Virus record (IMG/VR): IMGVR_UViG_3300032245_001860
Location: 186,001 to 250,000 of that record
Reading direction: 5' to 3' (one strand)
Length of the DNA stretch: 64,000 nucleotides
Positions 29,908 to 39,192 of this stretch are shown here, piece by piece. A program made the position numbers and the translations under genes. The notes beneath the pieces were generated by a model. The model saw only the letters and a list, made by a program, of their open reading frames with translations, did no database searches and was not told the origin of the DNA. Each line of letters begins with the position of its first letter. Within the stretch, counting starts at the first letter, position 1.

Positions 29908-32900
29908 TAACTTGTGCTCCTAAAATTTAAATCACTTTCAATAGTTTGTACTTTAGTAAGTGTACTATCAATACCCTCTAACACTTGTATGTCTACTTCA
30001 ATTGTTTGAAGTTTCTCATACCAACCAACAAGAGGTACATGTATAATTGTAAGTTCACTTTCAATGGTTTGTGGTTTTTCGAACCATGAGTGTATATGAC
30101 CTGGGAATTGAGGTAGTTTTAATCTGTGTCTACCAAGAGTTTGTTTTGTTCTTATTCCAAATGGTCTTATATAACTTTGAGTATATAATTTATGTAAACT
30201 GAAAGTAATTGAGTTGTAGAGATTTACAAAAACTGTATCTGTTGGATTCAGAGGAGTGTCAAATACAACTTTACCTTCTAATGGATAGAGAGTATATCCA
30301 GTAGAAAGTACATTTGAGTTTACTATTACTTTGACATTTTGGAAAACATTGATGTCCCAGTAATATACATTTGTACCATCTGCGGTTAAGAATATTTCAG
30401 TAGATGATCCGAAACCATTAAGTTTGTAAAGTTTAAGGTCAAATTCTCCATTGCTTGCTCTTTCTTGAGACAATATACTCCAAGGAACAATTCTATCTCT
30501 TCTTCGTAATTCATGATATCCAATAGTTTCAAGAGATTTTATTGAGTATGGATTTATTCTTGAAATAGCTTTAAGTTCATGGAATCCTAATTTTTCTTCA
30601 GTTGATATTGGATATGGTTTGATGTTCGTTATTGTTGTGAGCTTGTGTAATCCAAGTTTTTCATCAGTAGAAATATTGAATGGTAAAATTCTGAAATCAA
30701 CTTTTTGTAAAATATGGAATCCAGTCTTAGCTGTTTCTAATATTGTAAGTGGATATATCTTGTAATTATTACTTAAGGTATGTAAGCTAATGGTTTCCAG
30801 ACTTTGAATTGAGTATGGTCTTATGTTGTTGAAATAAGACAGTCTGTGTAAACCAGTTCTTTCAACGCCACTAATAGCATACGGGAATATGTTATAAACA
30901 TTTTGTAATGTATGTAGACCTAAAAGTTGCTCTGTAAGGATAGGCCTTGGTCTTATATTTACAGGTGGTATTGATAATCTATGAAGTCCAGTTTTTTCTT
31001 CGCTTGTTACGCCATAAGGTATAATAGGATATAAGTATTGCAACCTGTGATTAGAAACTCTTTCAACAGTCGTAATTGTGTTAGGTCTGATATTGACTGA
31101 TCCAGCTACAAGCCTTGGAGCACTTGGATACATATCTGCAGGAGATGGTGTAATAGGACCATAGCCAGGCATAGTAGACCAAGAACCATTGAGATAAATA
31201 TACTGACCATATCTCAATGTCATAACTCCACCAGTTGTTGAATCAAAACCAGTATAACCAAATGGATATATGAATGCTCTGGTTGTAAGTCTATGGAGTC
31301 CTAATCTTTCTTGTGTCAAGATTGGATTTGGATTAATTAATATCTGATATTGAAGAGTATGTAATCCCAAAAATTCAGAAGTTCTTATGCCATATGGATT
31401 TATAGACTTAATATTTGTAAGAGTATGTATTCCAAGCAATTCTGTGCTTAAGATTGGATATGGTATTATTTGTAATCTTGTTGTAAGCCTATGGAATCCA
31501 GTTTTTTCAAGCCCAAATACAGTAAATGGATAGATATTTTTATTGCTTCTTAGAGTATGTAAGCCTAATGTTTCAAGAGTTCTTATTCCGTATGGTATTA
31601 TTGATTTTATATTAGTTAATGTATGTAAACCAAGATTCTCAGTAGCACTAATACCATATGGAATAATTTGCAATCTTCCAGCAAGCGTATGTAATCCAGT
31701 TTTTTCTGTAGTCAAAATACCATAAGGAATTATAGATTTTGCACTTGTCAGGGTATGTCTTCCAAGAATTTCTAAAGTTCTTACAGCATATGGGTAAATA
31801 TAATTGTTGCTTCTTAATGTATGTAATCCAGTGTTTTGTGTTGAAAGTATTGCATATGGATTTATCGTGATTAATCCAACCAATCTGTGGAAACCTGTTC
31901 TTTCAACTGAAATTATTGGATAAGGTCTAATATTTACCCCAGCAAGAGATAAAAGATGTAGCCCAGTTTTCTCTAAAGTTCTTACACCATATGGGTAAAT
32001 GTAACTATTACTTCTCAATGTATGGAAGCCAGTTTTTTCTACACTAAATATTGTGTATGGGTATATTGATGAAGTTGTTCTTAAAGTATGGAGACCAGTT
32101 TTTTCTATGCCTAATATTCCATAAGGACGTATATTGCGTAAGCTCGTAAGTGTGTGAAGGCCAGTATTTTGATTTGAAACAATTCCATATGGATTAATAT
32201 TTTTTCTGGTCTGTAGAGTATGTAGACCTAATGTTTCAAGTGAAGTGATTCTGTAAGGAATTATATTATTCCCTCCAGAGTTCAAAATATGTAGGCCTAA
32301 ATTTTCTAAAGTTAATATTCTATAAGGAATAATATTTTTGTTTGAAGTGAGTGTATGTAAACCCAATCTTTCAATAGTATTAATTCCATAAGGAGTAATG
32401 TTTCTAAAGCTTGAAAGTCTATGTCTTCCAATAATTTCTAATGAAATAATTGTGTAAGGGTAAATATTTTTGTTGCTTCTTAGTGTGTGATATCCTGTAA
32501 ATTCATTAGTTCTTACACCATAAGGAATTATGTTATTTCTTGCACTTAGAGTATGAAGTCCATAATTTTCAGTTGTTATGATTCCATAAGGAATTATTGA
32601 TCTTGATGAAGTTAGTCTATGGAAGCCTAATCTTTCAACTGTAAGTATAGGTTTCGGTAATATATTGACTGCACCAGCACTAAGTCTCGTCAATGAGCTA
32701 AACGATTCAGTTGTTCTAATACCAAAAGGCCTGATTTGAGCCAGAGTTGATAATCTGTGTAAGCCTGTAAATTCAGTTGATAAAATACTGTAAGGAAGTA
32801 TATTTCTTGTAGCTGAAAGTCTATGGAAACCGTTTATTGCATTTGATAAAATTCCAAATGGATTGATATTTCTTGATCCTGGTACTAATCTATGGAGGCC

Positions 32901-35900
32901 TATACTTTCTAAGGTATTAATTCCAAATGGTCTAATATCTGTTCCCAATGAAATAAGTATGTTAAAGTTGAGAGCTCTTTCACTTGATGTTAGTGTATAT
33001 GGGTAAATACTTTTTGCTGAAGTAAGGGTGTCTAATCCTAATTTTTCAATTCCTAAGATTTGTTTTGGAATGATATTGTAATTGCTTCTGAGTGTATGGA
33101 AGCCTGTTCTTTCAACAGTATTTATTCCTCTACCGGCAAGATCTATGAAAATTCCACTTGTTCTAAGAGTAGGTATTCCTAATGCTTCTAAACTTGATAT
33201 ACCATAAGTAGGATCAAAGAATTGTGCCTGTATATTTGTTAAGTGGTCAAAAGCTGCATCACTAAATGCAGTAATACCCATGTAGCCTTTAGTATAGGTA
33301 GTATCAGTTGCAGTAAGAATACCAAGGCCTGTAACTAATGATCCACCACCTTGAGCGTAAAGTTTAGCAGTAATGACACCTGTGTCAGACCAAGTTACAG
33401 CGATTCTATATAAAGTATTAGGAACAATTAGACCTGTCAAATTGTAAGAAGCTAAGGTAGTAGTTGTACCACCAACTGTTTTTCTTATAGAGAATGATGG
33501 GTTTGGTGTTGTGTTAGCTGCATTTATGACAGCGAAATAGCCATTTCTTACATCTGAAGCTTGAACTCCAAATGCCATACCAGCTATACCATTTCCACTT
33601 AGAATTTGAAGCCAACCAGCCCAGTAAAAATCTGCTCCTCTGAGATACTCTAATGGATAAGCAATAGTAGCTGTACCAGTAGTGTTAGGGAAGGCAGTGG
33701 ATCTTCTTAGGGTTTTACCGCCAGGATATAAACTGTTTGCTTGTTCCCATATAAATTGATCTGTGTTTCCAAATGCAAATACATTAACAGCATCAAGAGT
33801 ATCATAGAATCTATTGTGGAATCTTAATCCAGATCCTGTATTTTCTATTGATAAAGTTGAATATGGTTTTATAAATCTAATTAATTTATGTAATCCCAGA
33901 GATTCAATACTTCTAATACCGATAGCATTAATTTGTTCAACACTACTTAATGTATTTAATCCTAAAGCTTCTGTTGATCTAATGCCAAATGGCTTGATAT
34001 TTCCTGTAAGTTTGTGTAAAGATGTAATTCTCTCAATAGAAAGAGTAGAGTAAGGGATTATAGTATTTAGATTTGATAATCTATGAATTCCAAGACTTTC
34101 TATTGATCTAATGCCATAAGGAACAATATTTCTGTTCGCAGATAAAGTATTTAATCCAAGATTTTCTAATGTTCTGATGCCATAAGGTCTTATATTTGTA
34201 TTAGTTGTTGAGAGTCTTACCAAAGAAGATAAATTTTCAACAGTAAGTATAGTATATGGATAGATGTTTCTATTTGTGCTTAAGGTATTTCTGCCCAATA
34301 ATTCTAATGGTCTAATTCCATAAGGAATAATGGATTTGACAGTAGTTAAAGTATGGAGACCTAATCTTTCTGTTGAAATGATTGGATATGGCCTTATATT
34401 ATATGCAACTTTAGAAAGAGTATGGAATCCAGTCCTTTCAATAGTATTTACACCATAAGGATAAATATTATAATTTGGTGAAATAGTTTGTCTGCCAATT
34501 ATTTCTATCGATCTTATGCCGTAAGGTATGATAGATTTTACAGTTTGTAATCTGTTTGACCCTGAAACAATTTCAGTGGATAACATTCTATATGGATAAA
34601 TATAAGCCGTTTGTCCTGATAATGTATTTCTTCCAGCTGCTTCTAAAGATACAATAGGATAAGGTCTAATGTTGACCCCACTTACAGTAAATCTTGTTCC
34701 TAATGAAACCAACTCTGAAGTTAATATTCTGTAAGGCCTAATTGAAGCTATGTTATTTAATCTGTGAAGTGAAACGCTTTCTGTAGTAAATATGGTTTTA
34801 GGTAAAATATTTATTGCTGCAGCTGAAAGTGTATGTCTTCCAGTTAATTCTGTGCCTCTGATGCCATATGGAATTATATTAGCAAGTGTATTTAGTCTGT
34901 GGAAACCAATTGCTTCAATTGATCTTATGCCATATGGAATTATAGATCTTATTGCAGAAAGTCTGTGTTGTCCAAGTTGCTCTGTTGATATAATTCTGTA
35001 AGGATAAATATTAGAAACTGCTGATAATCTTACAGAACCACTTACTGTTTCAGTTGTTCTGATGCCATATGGTATTATGTTTCTTATGGAAGATAAAGTG
35101 TTTCTTCCAAGATTTTCAATTGAATTTATTCCATATGGTATTATGTTCCTTATAGAAGATAATACATCAAATCCAGTTCTTTCTGTTGTTCTTATTCCAT
35201 TAGGTATAATATTGTAAACAGATGATAATCTTGTAAGGTTTGAAAAGCTTTCATTACTTGCTAAAGTATAAGGTAATATATTTCTGAGAGTACGAAGTCT
35301 ATGTATACCTAAAAGTTCTGAAGTCAATAATGTGAAAGGTCTAATATTACTACTTGATGATAGTCTAAAGTACCCTGTTCTTTCAACTGTCAATATTGGA
35401 TATGGTCTTATATTATAAGCAGCCTTAGAAAGAGTTGCAAATCCAAGGAATTCGGTACTTAATATAGGTCGTGGTAGTATGTTTGATAATGTAGATAATC
35501 TATTAAGTCCTGCAAATTGTGAAGTTAATATGCCGTATGGAATTATATTAAAGTTACTACTGATTCTTGGGAATCCTGTAAGTTCTGTACCCCTAATTCC
35601 ATAAGGATTGATGTTTATTCCACCAGGGCGTAAAGTGTGTCTTCCGTGTGTCTCTAAGCTTGATATTGCAATATGTGCAATTTGACTTCCTTGAGCAAAG
35701 AATCTGTTGAAATTCAATAATCTTTCGTCTGCACGAATACCGTAAGGATTTATATTGATGGCACCAGGAACAAGTCTATTTGCACTTGTAAAAGTTTCTG
35801 TGCTTAAGATTGGTCTTGGATTGATATTATATCGGCCTGAAAGTCTTACTAAATTATTAGCATTTTCAGTAGATAATACAGAAATACTTCTTATACTTGT

Positions 35901-38033
35901 TGCACCAGTAGTTAAGGTTACAAATCCTAATCTTTCTGATGTCGCAATTCCATAAACTGGATCAGCAAATTGAGGTTCAATATTAGTTAGGTGATCAAAT
36001 GCAGCATCACTAAATGCTGTGATTCCAATGTATCCTGTTGTGTAAGTAGTATCAGTGACTGTAAGAATTCCAGATCCTGATACTAATGAACCACCACCCT
36101 GAGCATAAAGTTTTGCAACAATTTGTCCAGTATTTGACCATGTTACAAAAATTCTATATAAGCTATTAGGGACAATTAATCCAGCCAGGTTGTAAGAAGC
36201 TAATGTTGTTGTAGTTCCTCCAATAATTCTTCTTATAGAAAATGATGGATTTGCTGTTGTATTTGCAGTATTTATAACTACATGATATCCATTTCTTATA
36301 TCAGTAGATTGTATAGCAAATGCCATACCTGCAATACCGTTACCACTAAGAACTTGTAAATATCCTGACCAATAAAAATCAGGACCTCTATCGTATAAAA
36401 GTGGCAATGCGATAGTTGCAGTACCAGATGTATTAGGGAATGCTGTAGATCTTCTTAGTGTTTTTCCACCAGGGTAAATACTGTTTGCTTGTTCCCAAAT
36501 AAATTGATCAGTATTTCCAAAGTTGAAAATATTTACAACATCCAATGTGTCGTAAAATCTATTTCTAAATTTACCGTTTCCAAATGTCTCTACTGAAGTT
36601 ATAGGTCTTGGGTATATTGCATTTGATGCCGATATACTTTGATTACCAATAACTTGATTACTTGTAATGCCATATGGGTTAATTTGAGACCGGGTAGTGA
36701 GTGTGTCTCTTCCTAATTGCTCAGTTGTTCTAATACTGATATGGTTTATTGATACGCCAGTTGATAGTCTTGTGCCAAAAGAAACTAATTCATTTGTTAT
36801 GACAGCATAAGGTCTTATAGAAGAAGAAGCTACAAGTGAATTTCTTCCCAAAAACTCATTATTATTTATAGAGTAAGGATTTATGTTCCTTACAATTTTA
36901 TCAAAGCCAATATTTTCAATTGATCTTATAGCAAAAGGATTAATATTTTGTCGAATATTTTGATTGCCTAAAACCTCATTAGAATTAATTCCAAAAGGAT
37001 TAATATTTCGACTAATTCTTGATTGACCAATTGTTTCTGGTGATAAAACACTAAATGGTTTTATATTGAAAGATAATCTGTTTTGTGATAATGCTTCTAA
37101 AGATCTTACAGAATATGGTTTTATATTTTGTAATAAAGAATTTCTTCCTATATTTTCCGTAAATCTTATCCCATAAGGATTTATGTTTCTTCTAAGACTT
37201 GCTTGGCCTAAATTTTGAGCTGAAATTTGTCCATAAGGTCTTACTTGAGCAGCACTTTTTGTAAGGGTATTAAGTCCAAGTCTTTCTAAAGTAGTGACTG
37301 AATATTCTTTGATGTTTCTTACAATTCTATGTAAAGAAGAAACAAATTCAGTGGAACGAATACCATAAGGATTAATATTAGTTGAAGAAGTTCCACCAGT
37401 GTAAGTTACAACAACATATATTTGGTCAATTTTAGCTAAAGGTGCATCTTCACCACCAGAAGATTTTATAATATTTGCTGCGTAAAATACACCAAATGTA
37501 TTTGCATTAATTTCAGCAGGAGTCCAGGTAGTTCCCCACATATGTGAAGTCCCACCAAAACTTTTTACTTCGTCTGCTCCATAATTCCAAGTTAATTTAG
37601 TATTGGATGCAAACCAGTCTGTTCCGATAGTTGTTGACCCATCTTTTGTAAGAAACAATGAATCGTCAGTTACAATTAATGCTCCATCGACAGCTGGATC
37701 TGAAAAGTTTTGTCTTTCAATATAAACTGTGATGCCAGTTATAGTAGCATCAGATGGAATTGTTTGAGATTTGTCATTGCCTTTGACAATGATATATCCA
37801 GTGCCACCACTATAGGCTAATGGTCTTGAGTCTAATGGTGGAATAAAATCTGCATATTGAACAAAACAGTATAAATTGTCAGAAGCAAAAAGATTTTCTG
37901 GGTTGCTTGAAACAAACGGAGTAACAATACCATTACTTACCCAAGATAACCAAGCCGTACCATTGTGGTATCCAGCTGGCGATGCTCTTTCTGATTGAGC
38001 ATATTGTGTAAATATTACTGTTGCTGATCCCAT
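29907..38033 (-). CDS. Giant fibre-like protein with ~70 tandem ~26-aa repeats and two duplicated lectin-like domains
   Basis: Repeat consensus I.PYGI.[ST].E.[LT]G.[HN][TR]L; two ~205-aa near-identical beta-sandwich inserts; SD-like GGTGATC. Confidence 0.7.
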   Translation of the reverse strand: MGSATVIFTQYAQSERASPAGYHNGTAWLSWVSNGIVTPFVSSNPENLFASDNLYCFVQYADFIPPLDSRPLAYSGGTGYIIVKGNDKSQTIPSDATITGITVYIERQNFSDPAVDGALIVTDDSLFLTKDGSTTIGTDWFASNTKLTWNYGADEVKSFGGTSHMWGTTWTPAEINANTFGVFYAANIIKSSGGEDAPLAKIDQIYVVVTYTGGTSSTNINPYGIRSTEFVSSLHRIVRNIKEYSVTTLERLGLNTLTKSAAQVRPYGQISAQNLGQASLRRNINPYGIRFTENIGRNSLLQNIKPYSVRSLEALSQNRLSFNIKPFSVLSPETIGQSRISRNINPFGINSNEVLGNQNIRQNINPFAIRSIENIGFDKIVRNINPYSINNNEFLGRNSLVASSSIRPYAVITNELVSFGTRLSTGVSINHISIRTTEQLGRDTLTTRSQINPYGITSNQVIGNQSISASNAIYPRPITSVETFGNGKFRNRFYDTLDVVNIFNFGNTDQFIWEQANSIYPGGKTLRRSTAFPNTSGTATIALPLLYDRGPDFYWSGYLQVLSGNGIAGMAFAIQSTDIRNGYHVVINTANTTANPSFSIRRIIGGTTTTLASYNLAGLIVPNSLYRIFVTWSNTGQIVAKLYAQGGGSLVSGSGILTVTDTTYTTGYIGITAFSDAAFDHLTNIEPQFADPVYGIATSERLGFVTLTTGATSIRSISVLSTENANNLVRLSGRYNINPRPILSTETFTSANRLVPGAININPYGIRADERLLNFNRFFAQGSQIAHIAISSLETHGRHTLRPGGININPYGIRGTELTGFPRISSNFNIIPYGILTSQFAGLNRLSTLSNILPRPILSTEFLGFATLSKAAYNIRPYPILTVERTGYFRLSSSSNIRPFTLLTSELLGIHRLRTLRNILPYTLASNESFSNLTRLSSVYNIIPNGIRTTERTGFDVLSSIRNIIPYGINSIENLGRNTLSSIRNIIPYGIRTTETVSGSVRLSAVSNIYPYRIISTEQLGQHRLSAIRSIIPYGIRSIEAIGFHRLNTLANIIPYGIRGTELTGRHTLSAAAINILPKTIFTTESVSLHRLNNIASIRPYRILTSELVSLGTRFTVSGVNIRPYPIVSLEAAGRNTLSGQTAYIYPYRMLSTEIVSGSNRLQTVKSIIPYGIRSIEIIGRQTISPNYNIYPYGVNTIERTGFHTLSKVAYNIRPYPIISTERLGLHTLTTVKSIIPYGIRPLELLGRNTLSTNRNIYPYTILTVENLSSLVRLSTTNTNIRPYGIRTLENLGLNTLSANRNIVPYGIRSIESLGIHRLSNLNTIIPYSTLSIERITSLHKLTGNIKPFGIRSTEALGLNTLSSVEQINAIGIRSIESLGLHKLIRFIKPYSTLSIENTGSGLRFHNRFYDTLDAVNVFAFGNTDQFIWEQANSLYPGGKTLRRSTAFPNTTGTATIAYPLEYLRGADFYWAGWLQILSGNGIAGMAFGVQASDVRNGYFAVINAANTTPNPSFSIRKTVGGTTTTLASYNLTGLIVPNTLYRIAVTWSDTGVITAKLYAQGGGSLVTGLGILTATDTTYTKGYMGITAFSDAAFDHLTNIQAQFFDPTYGISSLEALGIPTLRTSGIFIDLAGRGINTVERTGFHTLRSNYNIIPKQILGIEKLGLDTLTSAKSIYPYTLTSSERALNFNILISLGTDIRPFGINTLESIGLHRLVPGSRNINPFGILSNAINGFHRLSATRNILPYSILSTEFTGLHRLSTLAQIRPFGIRTTESFSSLTRLSAGAVNILPKPILTVERLGFHRLTSSRSIIPYGIITTENYGLHTLSARNNIIPYGVRTNEFTGYHTLRSNKNIYPYTIISLEIIGRHRLSSFRNITPYGINTIERLGLHTLTSNKNIIPYRILTLENLGLHILNSGGNNIIPYRITSLETLGLHTLQTRKNINPYGIVSNQNTGLHTLTSLRNIRPYGILGIEKTGLHTLRTTSSIYPYTIFSVEKTGFHTLRSNSYIYPYGVRTLEKTGLHLLSLAGVNIRPYPIISVERTGFHRLVGLITINPYAILSTQNTGLHTLRSNNYIYPYAVRTLEILGRHTLTSAKSIIPYGILTTEKTGLHTLAGRLQIIPYGISATENLGLHTLTNIKSIIPYGIRTLETLGLHTLRSNKNIYPFTVFGLEKTGFHRLTTRLQIIPYPILSTELLGIHTLTNIKSINPYGIRTSEFLGLHTLQYQILINPNPILTQERLGLHRLTTRAFIYPFGYTGFDSTTGGVMTLRYGQYIYLNGSWSTMPGYGPITPSPADMYPSAPRLVAGSVNIRPNTITTVERVSNHRLQYLYPIIPYGVTSEEKTGLHRLSIPPVNIRPRPILTEQLLGLHTLQNVYNIFPYAISGVERTGLHRLSYFNNIRPYSIQSLETISLHTLSNNYKIYPLTILETAKTGFHILQKVDFRILPFNISTDEKLGLHKLTTITNIKPYPISTEEKLGFHELKAISRINPYSIKSLETIGYHELRRRDRIVPWSILSQERASNGEFDLKLYKLNGFGSSTEIFLTADGTNVYYWDINVFQNVKVIVNSNVLSTGYTLYPLEGKVVFDTPLNPTDTVFVNLYNSITFSLHKLYTQSYIRPFGIRTKQTLGRHRLKLPQFPGHIHSWFEKPQTIESELTIIHVPLVGWYEKLQTIEVDIQVLEGIDSTLTKVQTIESDLNFRSTS
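33198..33822 (-). repeat. Copy B of the duplicated ~205-aa domain
   Basis: NRFYDTLD...GGKTLRRSTAFPNT...GITAFSDAAFDHLTNI matches 35946..36570. Confidence 0.85.
35946..36570 (-). repeat. Copy A of the duplicated ~205-aa domain
   Basis: Same peptide as 33198..33822 with many synonymous changes. Confidence 0.85.
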
Positions 38034-38064
38034 TAGATCACCATGCCATTACACATAAAAACAG

Positions 38065-38137
38065 TTAAACAAAAGCCCAATCTACTTAAAAGACTGCACT
38101 GTCTTGAGCTAATTTTAGATTGGGTATTTTTGTTTAA
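38065..38137 (-). promoter_or_regulatory. Long imperfect stem-loop in the 5' leader of the 2708-aa gene
   Basis: Nested pairings TTAAACAAAA/TTTTGTTTAA, CCCAATCTA/TAGATTGGG and AAGAC/GTCTT. Confidence 0.6.
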
Positions 38138-38204
38138 AGAAAATCTCATACTTGATGCCTTGACCATCACGAAAATATATAATATTATTTTCTGGATAAG
38201 CAAT

Positions 38205-38241
38205 AAAAAAGCCTAATAATAATTGCTTATTATTAGGCTTT
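38205..38241 (-). terminator. Rho-independent terminator
   Basis: 15-bp stem AAAGCCTAATAATAA, GCAA loop on the minus strand, U-tract. Confidence 0.75.
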
Positions 38242-38258
38242 ATGAGTTTTAAAAGGTT

Positions 38259-38501
38259 TTAGTTTAGTTTGACTGATTCTTCGGTAAGGATAGCTTTAGC
38301 TTGCAATACTTGCGCTTCTCTAATTTGCTTAATATCTTCTTCAGAAATTTGCCCAAATTGGCTTTGGAGAGCAATCAGTCTTCTTCTTTCATGAATTCTG
38401 TCTCCAGCTTCAAGCATTTCCTTATGGGCTATTTCAGCAATTGCTTTTTTAGCATTTAAGTCTTCGACAAGTTCTTCTTCGGTCATATTTAATAAATTCA
38501 T
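38259..38501 (-). CDS. Small helical/coiled-coil protein (possible fibre chaperone)
   Basis: 80-aa charged helical ORF between structural genes. Confidence 0.6.
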   Translation of the reverse strand: MNLLNMTEEELVEDLNAKKAIAEIAHKEMLEAGDRIHERRRLIALQSQFGQISEEDIKQIREAQVLQAKAILTEESVKLN

Positions 38502-38510
38502 ATTAGTACC

Positions 38511-39119
38511 CTATATTTTGAAAATTTTGTTTGCGCCTGTGTCCCAAACAATTGTGATGTCACCACCGTTACCACTAACTGGCATTCCAATGGCTGAATC
38601 AAAGAATGCAATAAGGTCCATTGCTGATTCATAAGAATAAGATGTAGCTTGAGTTGCAGTAGCAGCGAGTGTACTTGTGTCTCTATAAATAACAAATGCA
38701 GTGATTGCAGCTCCTGCAGCAACAGCAAGTTGTGTTGTAGATGCAAATGAAGCATTAGCAACACCGTTACCATAGTTAGTAGCTACTATACCTAAAGTAT
38801 TTGCAGCTCCAGCAACGCCACCGTATGACGCTGCAATAGATCTGTGTGCTGTTGGAATTTGGCTCAACCAAGTGATAGCATATCCAGCTCCTCCAGGAGT
38901 AGAGCCCGGGGTAGTACCATCTTCAGACGCACCACCAGCAGATGCTGCTGCAGCAGGGTTCCAAGCGTAACCAGAGTTGCCAGTTGCTGACCAGACGTAG
39001 TTTGTTGCTACACCTGCATTGATAAACATGACTTTATAGCTTGAACTATTATTCCATGCTAATGGTGCCGATTGTGTTAAAAATTTATTTCTTGCCCATG
39101 GATATAAAAAATTGCCCAT
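38511..39119 (-). CDS. Phage virion structural protein (fibre/head-associated)
   Basis: C-terminal MPVSGNGGDITIVWDTGANKIFKI resembles a motif I recall from phage structural clusters; Ala/Gly-rich; SD AAGGA. Confidence 0.6.
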   Translation of the reverse strand: MGNFLYPWARNKFLTQSAPLAWNNSSSYKVMFINAGVATNYVWSATGNSGYAWNPAAAASAGGASEDGTTPGSTPGGAGYAITWLSQIPTAHRSIAASYGGVAGAANTLGIVATNYGNGVANASFASTTQLAVAAGAAITAFVIYRDTSTLAATATQATSYSYESAMDLIAFFDSAIGMPVSGNGGDITIVWDTGANKIFKI

Positions 39120-39162
39120 TTTTGAATTCCTTTATAAAAACTCTAATGTTTTTGTAGTTATA

Positions 39163-39192
39163 ATTTTCTATTGTTGCAATGTTTCTTCCTTT
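39163..39192 (-). promoter_or_regulatory. Putative late promoter embedded in the gyrA 3' end
   Basis: AAAGG-N19-GAAAAT upstream of the structural operon. Confidence 0.4.

Noticed and set aside
33198-36570. Diversity-generating retroelement TR/VR pair
   Set aside because: Both copies are in-frame coding. In the stretch compared, differences are mostly synonymous and not adenine-specific. No reverse transcriptase is in the window.
29907-37400. CRISPR array or DNA tandem repeat (recurring 'ccataagg/ccatatgg' about every 80 bp)
   Set aside because: The periodicity comes from the PYG codons of a protein repeat. There is no conserved 25-40 bp DNA repeat and no cas gene.
38033-38260. tRNA or known riboswitch in the longest intergenic regions
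   Set aside because: No cloverleaf with a TTC/T-loop and no aptamer consensus that I recognise; only hairpins.
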